From the NCBI RefSeq assembly GCF_006345805.1, contig NC_043000.1:49166001-49230000 (forward strand): 64,000 nt of DNA. Reading direction: 5' to 3'. The notes under the pieces are model-generated. The model was not told the DNA's origin and did no database searches. It saw nothing but the letters and a program-made list of their open reading frames with translations. The DNA comes from Octopus sinensis. Lineage: Eukaryota. The position numbers were made by a program, and so were the translations under genes. Shown here in pieces: positions 38,216 through 51,100 of this stretch (position 1 is the first letter of the stretch; every line of letters begins with the position of its first letter).

Positions 38216-38724
38216 ATATCTATATTACATAATGCAAGAACAATATTAAATTTTCGATGGCAGTCAATCTCAGGATCACATGAAGGTTAATACAATGGAA
38301 TAGTTCCTAGATGCATTCTCTAGACCCGGCAGAGTTGTTGATATTATCGCAATAAACATATAAAAAAGAAAAAAACAAATTCATGAACCACTCCTTCATA
38401 TCCGCATTCGCGTTAAGAAACACTAAACTTTCTCCGTGTGTTTGGAGGAAGTCAAATATGATTCTATCTACAAAGACAAATGACCTCAGATTGCAAAATT
38501 TCGAGAAAACAATTTCCCTTCCTAAATCTGCAAAGCCTGCAAGTGAAATTTACAAATCTGCAAGTAAAATTTACATCAACTCTTACCATTAGTTGAACAC
38601 ATTCTGACGTTGATTCAAAATGAGTTACGTCCTAGGAGATTAAACTTAGGCATGATTATTCACTAATCCATGAATCATTGATAATAATTCATTGCAACCC
38701 TGATATCGTATTAATATTTTAATT

Positions 38725-38921
38725 AGGGCGACATACTGACAGAATTGTTAGCAAGCCGGGCGAAATGCTTAGCGGCATTTTGTCTGTTTTTACGCTCTGT
38801 GTTCAAATGCTTCTGGGATCGACTTTACCTTTCATCCTTTCGGAATTGATAACATTTGTACCAGTTGAACACTAGGGTCGATGTAATCGATTTACTCTCT
38901 CCTCCAAAATTTGAAACCAAT
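38725..38921 (+). mobile_element. SINE family B, diverged (tail type Y)
   Basis: agggcgacatactgacagaattgttagc...gtgttcaaatgc...cgactttacctttcatcctttcgg...gggtcgatgtaatcg...ccaaaatttgaaaccaat. Confidence 0.85.
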
Positions 38922-39028
38922 ATCTGCACACCTCAAAATATCTCCTGATTCTGTTCAAGAGAATAAAAATGCTTGAGATATTACTCTTGTATTGAAATGC
39001 TCAAGCAGAAAAAATCCGGCCATTCAAA

Positions 39029-39441
39029 TACTCTTTTACTTTTTTACTTGTTTCAGTCATTTGACTGAGGCCATGGTGTAGTACCGCCTTTAGTCGAGCA
39101 AATCGACCCCAGGACTTATTCTTTGTAAGCCTAGTACTTATTCTATCGGTCTTTTCCCGAACCGCTAAATTACGGGGACGTAAACACACAAGCATCGGTT
39201 GTCAAGCGATGTTGGGAGGACAGATACAGAAGCACAAACATATATACACACACAGACATATATATATACATATATACGACGGGCTTCGTTCAGTTTCCAT
39301 CAACCAAATCCACTCACAAGGCTTTAGTCGGCCCGAGGCTATAGTAGAAGACACTTGCCCAAGGTGCCACGCAGTGGGACTGAACCCGGAACCATGTGGT
39401 CGGTAAACAAGTTACTTACCTCAAAGCCACTCCTACGCCTA
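39029..39441 (-). mobile_element. Full-length SINE family A
   Basis: Colinear with 13015-13409 from tactcttttac...gtttcagtcatttgact to aagccactcctacgccta. Confidence 0.93.
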
Positions 39442-42254
39442 CTTTACACAAATAAAAAATACCCTGTTCTTTATATGAAGTAATGTGAACAACAGTCCGT
39501 CACAAATACTTGTCCATAGCTATACTATTCAACCACACAGCCATGCGCATGTAATAACTGACAACCGTGATATATGGCGCTATATATTTCAAGGAATCTT
39601 GTGTAAATTAGGACAGATGAATTGAGTTCTATCCAAATTTGTAATATCGGTATGAAACTGTTCTTATTATCATCAAGGAAATTAGTTACCGAATTTGAAT
39701 GAAGCGGTAATGATGATTGAAACTAAGTGATTCAATTTCATTTTTATTAATTATGCAGAGAAAAACGTAGCTTTACCGCAGAATCAACAATTCACAATAA
39801 GATTTCAAAAATGCTTACCGAAGATATTCGCTCATTTTTACCTTGAAATTCTCTCTTTTAGTATGTTATTCTCTAACCGGTTTCAATCAGAGATCGTGGC
39901 CATGCTGAAGCACTGACATTAAGATGAAACATCCCCCGGATAAGGACCGAACACTCGACCTTTAGATTGCTTATTGTACTCTCGATTATTAGACGGATAG
40001 ACAGTTAGACAGACAGATATATACATACATGCATACATACATACATGCATACATACATACATAAATACATACATACATACACGATGGCATCTACGGTTTT
40101 CCTACTGCCGACTACCGCTCGCAATATATTGGCCAACCTGAAGTTATAATGCTCTAGGATACCAAGTAATTTTGGTACAAAAGAACTACACAAGTTTAAC
40201 TATATAAATCATTCATCCACGTAATATGTAAACATGAAGGAATTGTGATTCAAGACATTTGTTTCGCTAATTTTATATTATTTTTGTATAATTTACTCTT
40301 TGAAATTCAGAAAAAAAAATCTATTTTGGCAATATAGCTAAAGTACATTCTGTGTCTACTATTTGAACTTTTTAATACTCTAATCGCCATTTCATGAATA
40401 TTGAAATTGCAAGTGTTCATTCAAGAAAGGAATCAGCCAAGACTCTTGAGGAATAAACTTTGTTTTATATATTAAAATACAAGCCAGTTCATAAAGTTAC
40501 AAAATAGATATGTTATTTTCTTATAAGCATTCGACAAGGAACTACTATCCAATGCACATATCAAATTAATGACATGTTTTAGTTAGGTAGAGTACATTTC
40601 CATTCACACGGTATGTGAATGTGTGTATACATACGGAAGAATAACCAATTGATGGAACTGGAAAGATAAAGAATGGCATAGTTTGTATTTTCCAAAATTC
40701 TAGATTCATATGTGTATGATCTATCTATCATAGATTATATATAATGTAATATGTCTGCTAATATAGCAAAGTTACATGAGGGAGATATCATTCAAAGGCA
40801 AGTCCTAGCTGTATTACAAATACATTGTTCAGTAAAAGGCACATAGGCATTACTGCAACTAAGGAGGTACCTAAAATATCGCTCCAAGAAATGTGAGCCT
40901 TGAAATATACACTTACCCAACGTGGTAAAGAAAGTGATTGAGAGAGTGATTGGGAGAAATGGGTGAACATCTCAACACTTTCTGGCCTATATATCAGTCC
41001 CTGCTGTATTTTTAAATGGATATGTTTAAGTTTTAATCCTTATTGTACCCAATAAGGAGTAACCGTGATAGTTACTATGACAATTTACGATATCATCGAT
41101 AGACAAATCAAAACTATGTTGGAAAACCATCTTATAGATATACGTTTCAAATCTTAACACTGAATACAACCTCGGGCAAATAAGGTAACTTCTTATGGTT
41201 GGGCTCCTTTATCTTTAGTAAATATAATACAGAAATATAATTTAGCTTTTCTAGTAGTGGCAGTACTCTTTTCAAACTTGAAGACTTAGTTTCAACCCCT
41301 GAGGCTGTGGCAGTAGAAAATTACTCCACTGCATTCTTTCCCCAAATCACTACCAGAGATCTAACCAAATCCATCATTGCTAAGTCCACATACTCATACA
41401 GAGGGCACTACCTGCGTTTAATAGATACTCTCAATTCAACCAGACCAAGACCACTTCCATTAAAAAACAAACTCCCACTACTACAGTCATTGTTACTACT
41501 ACTATTACCACAAGTACAATAATTACTATTACTACAACTCCTACAGCCATCAAAGCCAGGCTTTCGCTTTTACGCTTTCTAAATTTTACCACAAAGTTTC
41601 ATTCTGAATGAAATACGTGAACTCCAAAGGAAGCAGCTGAAATCTATTATGATATGGTTATGTTTTATTGTGATATAAATATGGAAAATATTTCAATGCT
41701 ATTGACGAGATACTAAGTCTAAAATGCATGGATTGGAACAACAAGGTTTACTGGCATATAAACATAAATGCTGGCAACCAGACACAGCGCCCATGCATTA
41801 TATATATATATATTATATATATATATATATATGCTGTATACCTACATGTGTGAGGTATTTCTGAAATTAAGCTTACGCATAAGCAGTAGTTTCTTTTATC
41901 TCTAATGCGGTGGTGTCTATTTACATTTTGTTTGATATTTTCATCTCATCCGCAAATGTTAAAATAAAAAGCAAGCAACACGTGTACAATTGCATATATT
42001 ATTGTATAGTTTCACATATAAATGACATAAATGTTGCAACACATTTTGATAAATCTGGTAGAAATCCCAATACACTGATAAGAAAATCCTAAAGTTTATT
42101 AACCTTTTGAAGCACGCCAGTTGCTACATGGAAGGCAGATAACAACCAGAATTTACGCTACGTAATATATTACTGCAGGAAAACTTAACGATATTATTTT
42201 TATGAGCTTTATTCCGCTAGCTTGGCGTGACGCAGTTAGCAGTGATGTTATATG

Positions 42255-42530
42255 CATGGATATGTAAATGTGTATATGTATGCTTGTATACGTATATCAC
42301 TATATATGTATGTATACAAATGTTTATCTATACGTATATAAATATATATATATATGTGTGTGTGTGTACGTGTCTATATGAATGTATATGTATATATACG
42401 TATGCATACATATCTATGTATGTATAAGTATATATGTATGTATATGTATATATATATATGTATACGTATATATATGTATATATATATATATGTATACATA
42501 TATATATGTATATATATATATATATATACG

Positions 42531-42563
<33 letters not shown>

Positions 42564-42598
42564 GTATGCATATATATATGTATACATATATATAAATG

Positions 42599-42629
<31 letters not shown>

Positions 42630-42800
42630 ATACATGTATATATGTGTATATATATGTATACACACACATATAGATATATGTATATGCACGTATACTTATA
42701 TATTCATATATATATGCACATATGCATGTATAACTACATAAGCATTGGTGTTTGTGCGTGTGTGTGTATTAGTATGTGTTTGTGCATGTGTGCGTGTGGT
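42255..42800. repeat. Compound (TA)/(TATG)/(TG) microsatellite, about 550 bp
   Basis: Direct reading; explains the overlapping YI/MY ORFs at 42227-42854. Confidence 0.96.
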
Positions 42801-44011
42801 TGGAGACAGCAAATACGTTTTAAATGTCGAATGTTATATGCACGTAATATATGACGGCTTTAATTAGCATGTGTTGCGAAGAAATCTAGTTAAATTGGTT
42901 TCTTTCTTTAAACATGATGACCAAAGCATATCTTAGAGTAAGATCTTAAAGGTAACATCATGTACAACAACAAAACTAGCCATAAAAATAGTAATAAAAC
43001 CCTAACGGCATCCATTTCCTTAACATCAATATTAACAGCTGAAGAAACTACAAAAGTGATAGGATACATGTATGACAATGAGAAGAATTTGATGGTTATA
43101 TACAAATTGAATCGACTCTGTTATCATTTATGTTGCTAATATATATTTTATTGCTGCCGAAAGGATTAAAAGTAAGCTGATACCGAGTGAGCTTTGACCT
43201 CAGAACGTGAAGGAACGAAATGGAATATTGCACTTCATATAGACACCACTATTCTATAACGATGATACCGATCATAACAATAGACATTACTTAAAATTTA
43301 TAGATACTTGATCTATGATTATAAACAATTTTTTTTCAACAAATAACAGGATATGTTGTTTTTTATTGAATTCTTTTCTATGTTTCAAAAGCTTTCTCCT
43401 GGACCTTAAAATTGCTCTTTTATTTTCAAAAGCTGTGAAAAACTGTGAATATCGTAAAACGTTCTTTAAAAAAAAAACACTATGAATAGTGTTACATTAT
43501 CGCATATATTCTACCCCACAGTAAACTATATCCGAAAAAGAAAATAAAACCCCGGTTCAGTCCCTTTCTAGTTGCAGAATTGTTCTCTGTTTCACGAGTA
43601 ATATAATTCCAAACATTAATTCTGAAATACATTCTACGCAATTTTGATCACATAAGCTATGGAACATGACAAAATACACATCAAGTAAGTGTTAGTGTGT
43701 GCGCGCGCGCATGTATTCACCATTGCAGTGGACTATTTTAACTCAACAATCGTATGTACCAAATTAAAACGTGCACCGGGAAGCTATAAGACATTCATAA
43801 TGTTGCGTAAAGTATACCCGATATGCTTTTGAAACAGTTGTAGTACACGCCTACCTTTTACATTCTTTCTATTTACAGATTTGATTATCCTATTAGAAGC
43901 ATCATTTGTTGCTTTCAAAATGGAGTTGCATAGCACCTGCCATCTTACTGGAACTTTCTATCTAATCTCGATTTGAGACGAACTATATTTTATGCACGGA
44001 TTAATAAATTT

Positions 44012-44740
44012 GGATCTTTTCCTTTTGAACGGCACTTTGTAACATAATTTCTAGTTAACTAAACACTTTTAAACTTCGTATACTGGTAGAATGTGTTTAT
44101 AAAACATCATTTTCTCTTGGCTTTATTGAGAAAATTCTATAGGTTGTAAGATATTTCGTCTGAAATTTCGAGCATTTCGGCAATTTTAACCAATCGCTGC
44201 AGTCCATTTAGGTAAACAACATTCCGTGCTGTATGAATATGTCCCTCCTTTAAGAAACAGATTGGGTTTATTTACATTTGTGAAGAAAAAAAGATACTCT
44301 CCCCAACCCCTAACTAACCCTAACCTTAAATCTAAAATAGATTAAAATGCAAAAGATCGATACTAGGGTCGTAATTATGGGTGACATTTTCATTTGACAC
44401 CGCTAGAAAAAAAATCCCATTTTCCGTAGCGGTGTTGTATGAAATTGTCACACATAATTATGGCCCTAGGATCGATGTATTGCATTTCAATCTATTTTAG
44501 ATTTAGGGTGAGAGTTAGGGTTAGTTAGGGTTAGAGTTAGGGTTAGGGCTAGAGGTGGGGGAAGGGTATTGCCGAAATGCTCGAAATTTCAGACGAAATA
44601 TCTTACAGCCTATAGATTTTTCTCAATAAAGCCAAGAAAAAATCATGTTTTATAAACACATTCTACCAGTATACGAAGTTTAAAAGTGTTTAGTTAACTA
44701 GAAATTGTGTTGAAAAGTGCCGTTCAAAAGGAAAAGATCC
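44012..44740. mobile_element. 729-bp foldback MITE with long TIRs, GG termini, a probable 8-bp TSD and internal telomeric repeats
   Basis: 44012-44184 is the near-perfect reverse complement of 44568-44740 (ggatcttttccttttgaacggcac...). 44294-44405 pairs with 44427-44567 around a ~21-nt loop. Flanks are ataaattt (44004-44011) and ataaattg (44741-44748). GG ends with an 8-bp TSD fit MULE or Merlin, but the superfamily is not proven. Confidence 0.88.
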
Positions 44741-44903
44741 ATAAATTGTATTGGTCAGTTATCGATTCCTTTGTATTCCCTATACAAAACTCGTTTATGC
44801 GAGAGAGACAAACCAATTGCGTTTACGATGGTCACTTAACTGATCTATTCATACTTCCGGTTGATGAAATAAGTGCCGGAATCGTTGTTATTATTGTTGT
44901 TAT

Positions 44904-47234
44904 TTACTTTTAATCTGCATGTTTGTTGCAGCCACTTGCCGAGACGCCCCCAGCGTTCTGCAGCAAATAAAGGTTAAGAGATGTTACTGCATAACTGAGA
45001 GCTTGGAGTGGCTGGAAGGGGTTAGGACAGTAGCGAAATACCTCCATATAATACAACACTAACATTTAAATTGATAGGTTTTTTTCTAAGGATGTGGGCT
45101 GTAATTGTGAGCACAATCTTTTGGCTTTCTGTGAGACATGGTTCGCCTGGGATGTTTTCTAGATGTTTCTGACATCCCTTTTTTCTCTTATCTAGGGCAC
45201 GTACAATAACAAGAACGGTTTTTGCTTTAAGGTGCCACATCTTTTGTATTTCAATTTCCAGGTCCTTATATTTACTCAGTTTATCAAATTTCTTTACAGA
45301 TATATTTTTATCAGTGGCAACACTTATATCTATTAGTCTAGAAGTATTTTCTTCCTCGTATTCAATAATTATGTCTGGTCTATTAGCCTGGATCTTTCTG
45401 TCAGTGTTGACTGGAAAATCCCAGAGGATGGTGACATTTTAACCTTCAACTACAGGATAATGTTCATACCAGTTAGTAAGAGTACCAATTTTGCAGTGCT
45501 TACATATTTTCCTATGTAAATACTGTCCTACCCTATCGTGACGATTGTTGTATTCGTTTGGTGTCAGCACAGGATATTCCGAAACAAGATGGTCTATTGT
45601 TTTGTCAAATGTGCCACAGAATCTGCATTTAGGATCAATACCGTTTTGAAGAACGTTAGACTAGGAGTTCCTGGTAAGCAAGCTTTGATCGTGTTCCACC
45701 AGTATGAAGCATCCAGTCTCTACTTTCAATCGTTTACTTCTCAGCGACTGATGGGTTGTTACTTTATCTATATCATTTTGACTTCGAAGAATATATTTCC
45801 CATGCAGGGGCTTCTGGCTCCACCACTCCTCACTTTGTTTCTGCCTGTTCTTTTTTTAGTCTGCTTGATTCGTTTTGCTTGATAGCAGTAGTTTCAAGTT
45901 CTTCATCTTTTTCAGAGTTGATTGCAAGTTGCCTCACGAATTTATAAGCTTCTTTGGCAATCGAATGTAATTTTTTGCTGCTTTCATTTTTGCACACTGG
46001 TAGCAGCATCCAGTCCTCTGTGCTAGATAAGTACCTGTTCGTTTCTATAGCGATCATTCCTCTTTCTCCACTGCTTCTAGGCAGGTACAGATGGTCAACG
46101 TCTGCCTTTGGTTGGTATATGTACTTGAATGTCAATAATTTTCTTGTCATCCTGTCCCTGTGTTGGAGCTCCGTATAATTCCAATTAATAATGTTCAAAC
46201 TAATTTGAACTACTGGAAGTGCCAAGGTATTCAGAACTTCGATGCAATTTTTCGAGTTGAGTTCAGTACAAGTCTTTTTCTCTTTTAGTACTCGTTTCTT
46301 ATACTTTCCTTTATGGTAGCATGATGTACCTAAACTCTTTCGTTTATTCCCAGGTATTTATAATTTTTCGGTGGGTCAAGTTCCCTGATGGTAGCGTCGA
46401 TATCTAATTTAATGAAACCTGTTTTTCTGAGCTGCCTCTTAAAAGTTGCTTTAACACTCTTTTGACGCCAAAATCCATCCCGATGTCATTGCTAAACTCT
46501 TTAACAGCTATTAGCAGCCCTACTAGTTCTTTGTCATTCCTAGCCAACAACTTCTGGTTGTCCATGTAAAAAAGATAGTTTATTATATTCTTAAAATTTT
46601 GTACCCGTATCAGTTGTTAATCAATTCGTTTGAGAGTAGGATCAGTGACATGCAGAAGAAAGTAATGGAGAGAGGGGGTCACCTTGAAAGATGCCTAGTT
46701 TGATGTTGTTGCTGTTGGAGTGGCTCATCCCATTACTATTACTTAGAAAGACACCATGTGTTCCACTTGGCCATACTATTCTGTAAGAATTTGGAGATGA
46801 CAGGCGAGATCTTACATATCTCAAGTGCCTGAGTATCCATTTATGTGGGACATTATAAAACGCTTTCCTATAGTCTTTCCATGCCATATTCCGGTTCTTG
46901 TTCTTACTCGTAATTTTCTACAATTATTTTAAAAGTAATTGGTATTTGCGCCCATAAGAATTTCTTTTGCGACATTTTTGAGCTTGTAGAAGGACAAAGT
47001 TGTGTTCAAGGAAAGCGTATATTCTTTCAGTTAGTATGCATGTGATGATCTTGTACACGGTGTTGAAACATATTATTGGTAAGTATTTTCTTCAGTCAGT
47101 TAGGAAGATGCTTGCTCAGGGTTTTGAATGACATCAGCTAGAGTTGCAGCGAAATTTTCATGTACTTCTGTGAGACAATCCAGCCAGGAGTTACAGATCC
47201 GATCCAGTCTTGGGTTTTCCATTTATGAGACTTC
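44904..47234 (-). mobile_element. R4/Dong-like non-LTR retrotransposon, 5'-truncated, about 2.3 kb, degenerate RT + CCHC + REL endonuclease
   Basis: Minus-strand blocks in order: PIICFNTVYKIITCILTERIY; MAWKDYRKAFYNVPHKWI; GIFQGDPLSPLL; INYLFYMDNQKL; YKYLGIN; DHLYLPRSSGERGM; DPKCRFCGTFDKTIDHLVS; RHDRVGQYLHRKICKH; ILWDFPVNTDRKIQANRPDIII..LIDISV..KFDKLSKYKDLEIEIQKMW. Flanked by GTT/ATT repeats on both sides. Confidence 0.93.
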
Positions 47235-47235
47235 A

Positions 47236-47237
<2 letters not shown>

Positions 47238-47288
<51 letters not shown>
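47238..47288. repeat. (ATT)n microsatellite
   Basis: Direct reading. Confidence 0.96.
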
Positions 47289-47290
<2 letters not shown>

Positions 47291-47292
47291 GA

Positions 47293-47503
47293 AAAGCGGC
47301 TAGTTGGCAGAATCGTTAACTCGCCAGGCAAAATGCTTAACAATATTTCGTCTGCCGCTACGTTCTGAGTTCAAATTCCGCCGAGGCGACTTTGCTTTCA
47401 TCGTTTCGAGTTCGCTAAATTAAGTACCAGTTAAGTACTAGGGATCGATGTAATCGACTGTGCCCTTCCCGAAATTTCAGGCTCCGTGCCTTTAGTAGAA
47501 AAC
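47293..47503 (+). mobile_element. SINE family B (tail type Z), followed by (GTT)n
   Basis: aaagcggctagttggcagaatcgttaac...gagttcaaattccgccgagg...gaaatttcaggctccgtgcctttagtagaaaacg. Confidence 0.9.
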
Positions 47504-47557
47504 GTTGTTGTTGTTGTTGTTGTCGCTGTTGCTGCTGATGTTGTTGTTGTTGTTGTT

Positions 47558-47772
47558 AAGGCAGTGAGCTGGCAGAATCGCTTACACGCCCGTGCGAAAT
47601 GCTCGTTGCTATTTCGTCTATCATTACGATCTGAGTTCAAATTCCGCTGGGTCTGACTTTGCCTTTCATCCATTCGGAGGCAATAAAATAAGTACCAGTC
47701 GAACACCGGGGATCAATGTGATCGACTTACCTCCTCCCCCAAAATTTCAGGTCTTGCGCTTACAGTAGAAGG
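47558..47772 (+). mobile_element. SINE family B (tail type Z), followed by (ATT)/(ATC)n to 47866
   Basis: aaggcagtgagctggcagaatcg...gagttcaaattccg...aaaatttcaggtcttgcgcttacagtagaagg|attatt. Confidence 0.9.
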
Positions 47773-47819
47773 ATTATTATTATTATTATTATTATCATCA
47801 TCATCATCATCATCATCAC

Positions 47820-47867
<48 letters not shown>

Positions 47868-48190
47868 GAAGGTGGCTCCGGGACACTCAAGTCGTATCAA
47901 CAAATTCGTCAAATTGTTCAGTTCATGAATTTTCGTAGTGCTGTCATTTGTTCGGGAGATCGATGCCCTGAACGCGGTTGATCATCAAGCGACAAGTGAT
48001 CATTCCTAAAGCCTGGAAACCACTCGTAAACTTTTGTTGCTCATGGCAGCGTCCTTGTAAGCTATTCGAAACACGACAACTGTTTCAGTCGCCGTTTTCC
48101 CCAGTAAAAAAAGAATTTCACGGAAGCACGCTTTCCTTCGTTTCAGCCATCGCAAAATTCGACGAACAGGGAAGAAGTACTGCACAACAA
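47868..48190 (-). mobile_element. Mariner 5' fragment (N-terminal HTH domain, irritans/Hsmar2-like)
   Basis: ATG at 48150: MAETKE.RASVKFFFLLGKTATETVVVFRIAYKDAAMS.TKVYEWFPGFRNDHLSLDDQPRSG.. (frameshifted), a typical mariner N-terminus. Truncated at the ATT microsatellite. Confidence 0.8.
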
Positions 48191-51100
48191 AGTCATATAT
48201 ATAATATCATATCCTATATGTATACTTGTTCGTACTCTCTTTGCTTTGAGTTTAAATCCAACTGGGGGAAACTTTGCCTTTCATCTTTTCGGGGACAAAA
48301 AAAAAGTACGAAGCCAAGGCAGAAGATTGGTGGGGGGGTCTTCCAATTATGATTTTATATTCCATCAATTATTTAATACCCGTTTTAATGCTACCACGTG
48401 GAACTTCGGGTGCCTTTAGAAGAGTTCACTCTGGTTCAAGCATTTGCGCTCTGTTTTCACTTTGAACATACATATTTACTTCCTGGCCACCAGTTCAAGA
48501 GGAGCTCTAAGGGTCATTGGCACTGCCTTTCCGCCTGTATAAATGATGATGATGGTGACAGGCAGAAAGATAGATATGGAGAGAGAGAGAGAGTGAGAGC
48601 CACTGTCTACCCAGTGTCGAAGGGGTGAAAGATTAGTCCAAGAAACTGATATGAAGAAAAATACTTTTTTTTCAAATTATTCAATTCGTAGACCAAAACT
48701 GGAGAGAAAGAATTTGACAAACATTTCATCAATTAGATTAATATCAAATTTGAAATTACAAAAGCCGTTTTTATTCAACATGGCATTTTTTCCAAAGGAG
48801 AGTATAGTTAAAGATTGTTAGCTGTTCCTACTCTAATGCATTGTACATAGAGATGAGCACGAGAGAAGCCATCTTCATGCAATTCTATGCTAGTAAATTT
48901 CAATGCTTGCCTCTGTGATTTGTTGATTGATGTGATAAGGCATAATTTTACCAGAAATTGTATGTGGTGTCCTGGATATAGATGTATCTTCACCTTTACT
49001 ATGACCACTTTGAGTTTGTGTTTCAGTGACCCGAAGTTTTAATGATTATATTACCAGTCTGGTACCATTGCAGAGGTTACGCTGAACTAAATTTCAAAGA
49101 ATCACTGTAGTAGCTCTAATTTTAAATTGTACTTGCTAACCAATCAATCTTGGAGGTTCCAAAGAATTTAGAAATTCCATCAGATAGTCAACATCTTCAC
49201 TCTTAACGATAAGCTTATCAATTAATTCATAAATTTAATCATCCCCCGCAAAATCTCTCAAGATTTTCGTTGATACATTTATCACTTTTTTTTGTGCTAA
49301 TATTGCTTTCTTAAACACAAGAAATTTAAGTCTTTGTAGCAATAAGCAAAGCTATTAAATACTCTTATTAATTCATTAACTCTTAGGTGCACTACGCTGA
49401 TTATAGATACAATAAGTTTTAGAGTTTGTAGGAACGTCTTCCTCACTAAGCTGTAGAATGGAGCAAATAAATCTGAATTACAATCAGCATAAATTTTTGA
49501 CCATGTGTAAGCTTCAAAGTTTGTACATTGCGCTCCAAAAAGATGATTTAAGGCATACTGGTATATCATCAGCCCTTGTTCGCTTAGTTATAACTGGCAT
49601 AATTGAAAAGTTACCGATATCATAACAGTTACACGTCCTATCAAAATCTAGTTGATTACTTCTTGTGGAGTTCTGCTCAGTAATTCTAAAGCATTTAAGA
49701 AATTTTATTTGGCTTGCAAATTTGCTTCAGTAATAGATTTATGAGACATGTGTTTGCAGCACCACCAGTTGCGTCCCAAAATAATATGCTTCCATTCAGT
49801 TTAGAAATTCTATTCATTATATATGATAAAGCAGTTCACTGATTAAGCGACAACTTGGCTTCCTTTTCATATGTTCAATTAAGGAGTTGAAATGACAGCA
49901 AACTAATTTGAGCGTCTCATATAGTTTTGGTTTCAAGTTATGATTTTGACAGAAATATAATTTACGTAAAGATAGTGGGGCGGTCAAGGAAAGGATAGTA
50001 TAGTTTAGATTTTAATGCACACATATAAAAGGGACGTAGTTTATTGCTGAGAGAAAGATGCATGAGAATTTATAAAAAGTGCATTTTTGAAAAGGATAAA
50101 ACAATATTTTTCAACTTCAAGATTTTGTTTTTTAATTGTAATTAAATGGTCCTTCTGAAATTTACATTCGTTTAGAGGACGTTGCGAGCCATGCAATCCA
50201 AGGAAGAAAACCTTTTCTTTTTCTGTGGTATATACACTTTTTTAATGTATATACCACAATTTTTTTTTACATATAATACATTGTGTATTATATACTAATA
50301 GCAATTTTGGTAGTCAATTCTCTAATTAAAGACTGCACACGATACAAAATAATTAATATCGCTAATTCTTTGGTAATGAACTGGCCTTCCTGAAGTAATT
50401 TATAAATTTACAAGTTCAACCGTTTGACATTCGAGAGAAGAAACAAACTTTTTTTTTATGTGCATAGATATTTAAGAAATACAAGAATGAGAATGTGTTT
50501 TAGAGATAAAAGGAGTGTGACATTGAAAGAGAAAGTAAATTTCTGTTGCTTATACTTATATCCACTCTACTGCTATTCTAGTATGCATTTCAATCTCGAA
50601 ATATCTCTTTTTTATTTTGTTGTTATTGTTGTTGTTGTTGTTGTTACTATTCTCTGTTTTACACTAAGAGGATCTTGGATTCAAGATATTTGTCCATGCT
50701 AACCATGTTAGGGTTGCATTTTGATTTCGTTGAAAAATTTGATATTGTTGAGAAACGGTAATGTTGTGTCAAAATAAACAAAAATGGTTTCCAATATACA
50801 TATGTTTATGTGGAAGTATACGTGTGTGTTTGTGTTTACATGTGTTTAAGTGCAATCTATCTCACTTTTGGTCCCGAAATTTAAATCTTTTTTGATTGAA
50901 ATAATATAAACGGGAGAAAAAAAAATTATTAGCGTTGATGAAAATTTAATTTCCTAAAGGGCAATGGACAAACTCTGAATTTTCAATCAACCTAAAAATT
51001 TATTTAAATGAATGCTTGTAGTTGTGGAGGAGTGACTCATATATTTGGTTGCCAGTGTAACAAATTTCGTAAATGTTTTAGACATATTAGACCTTAGAAC

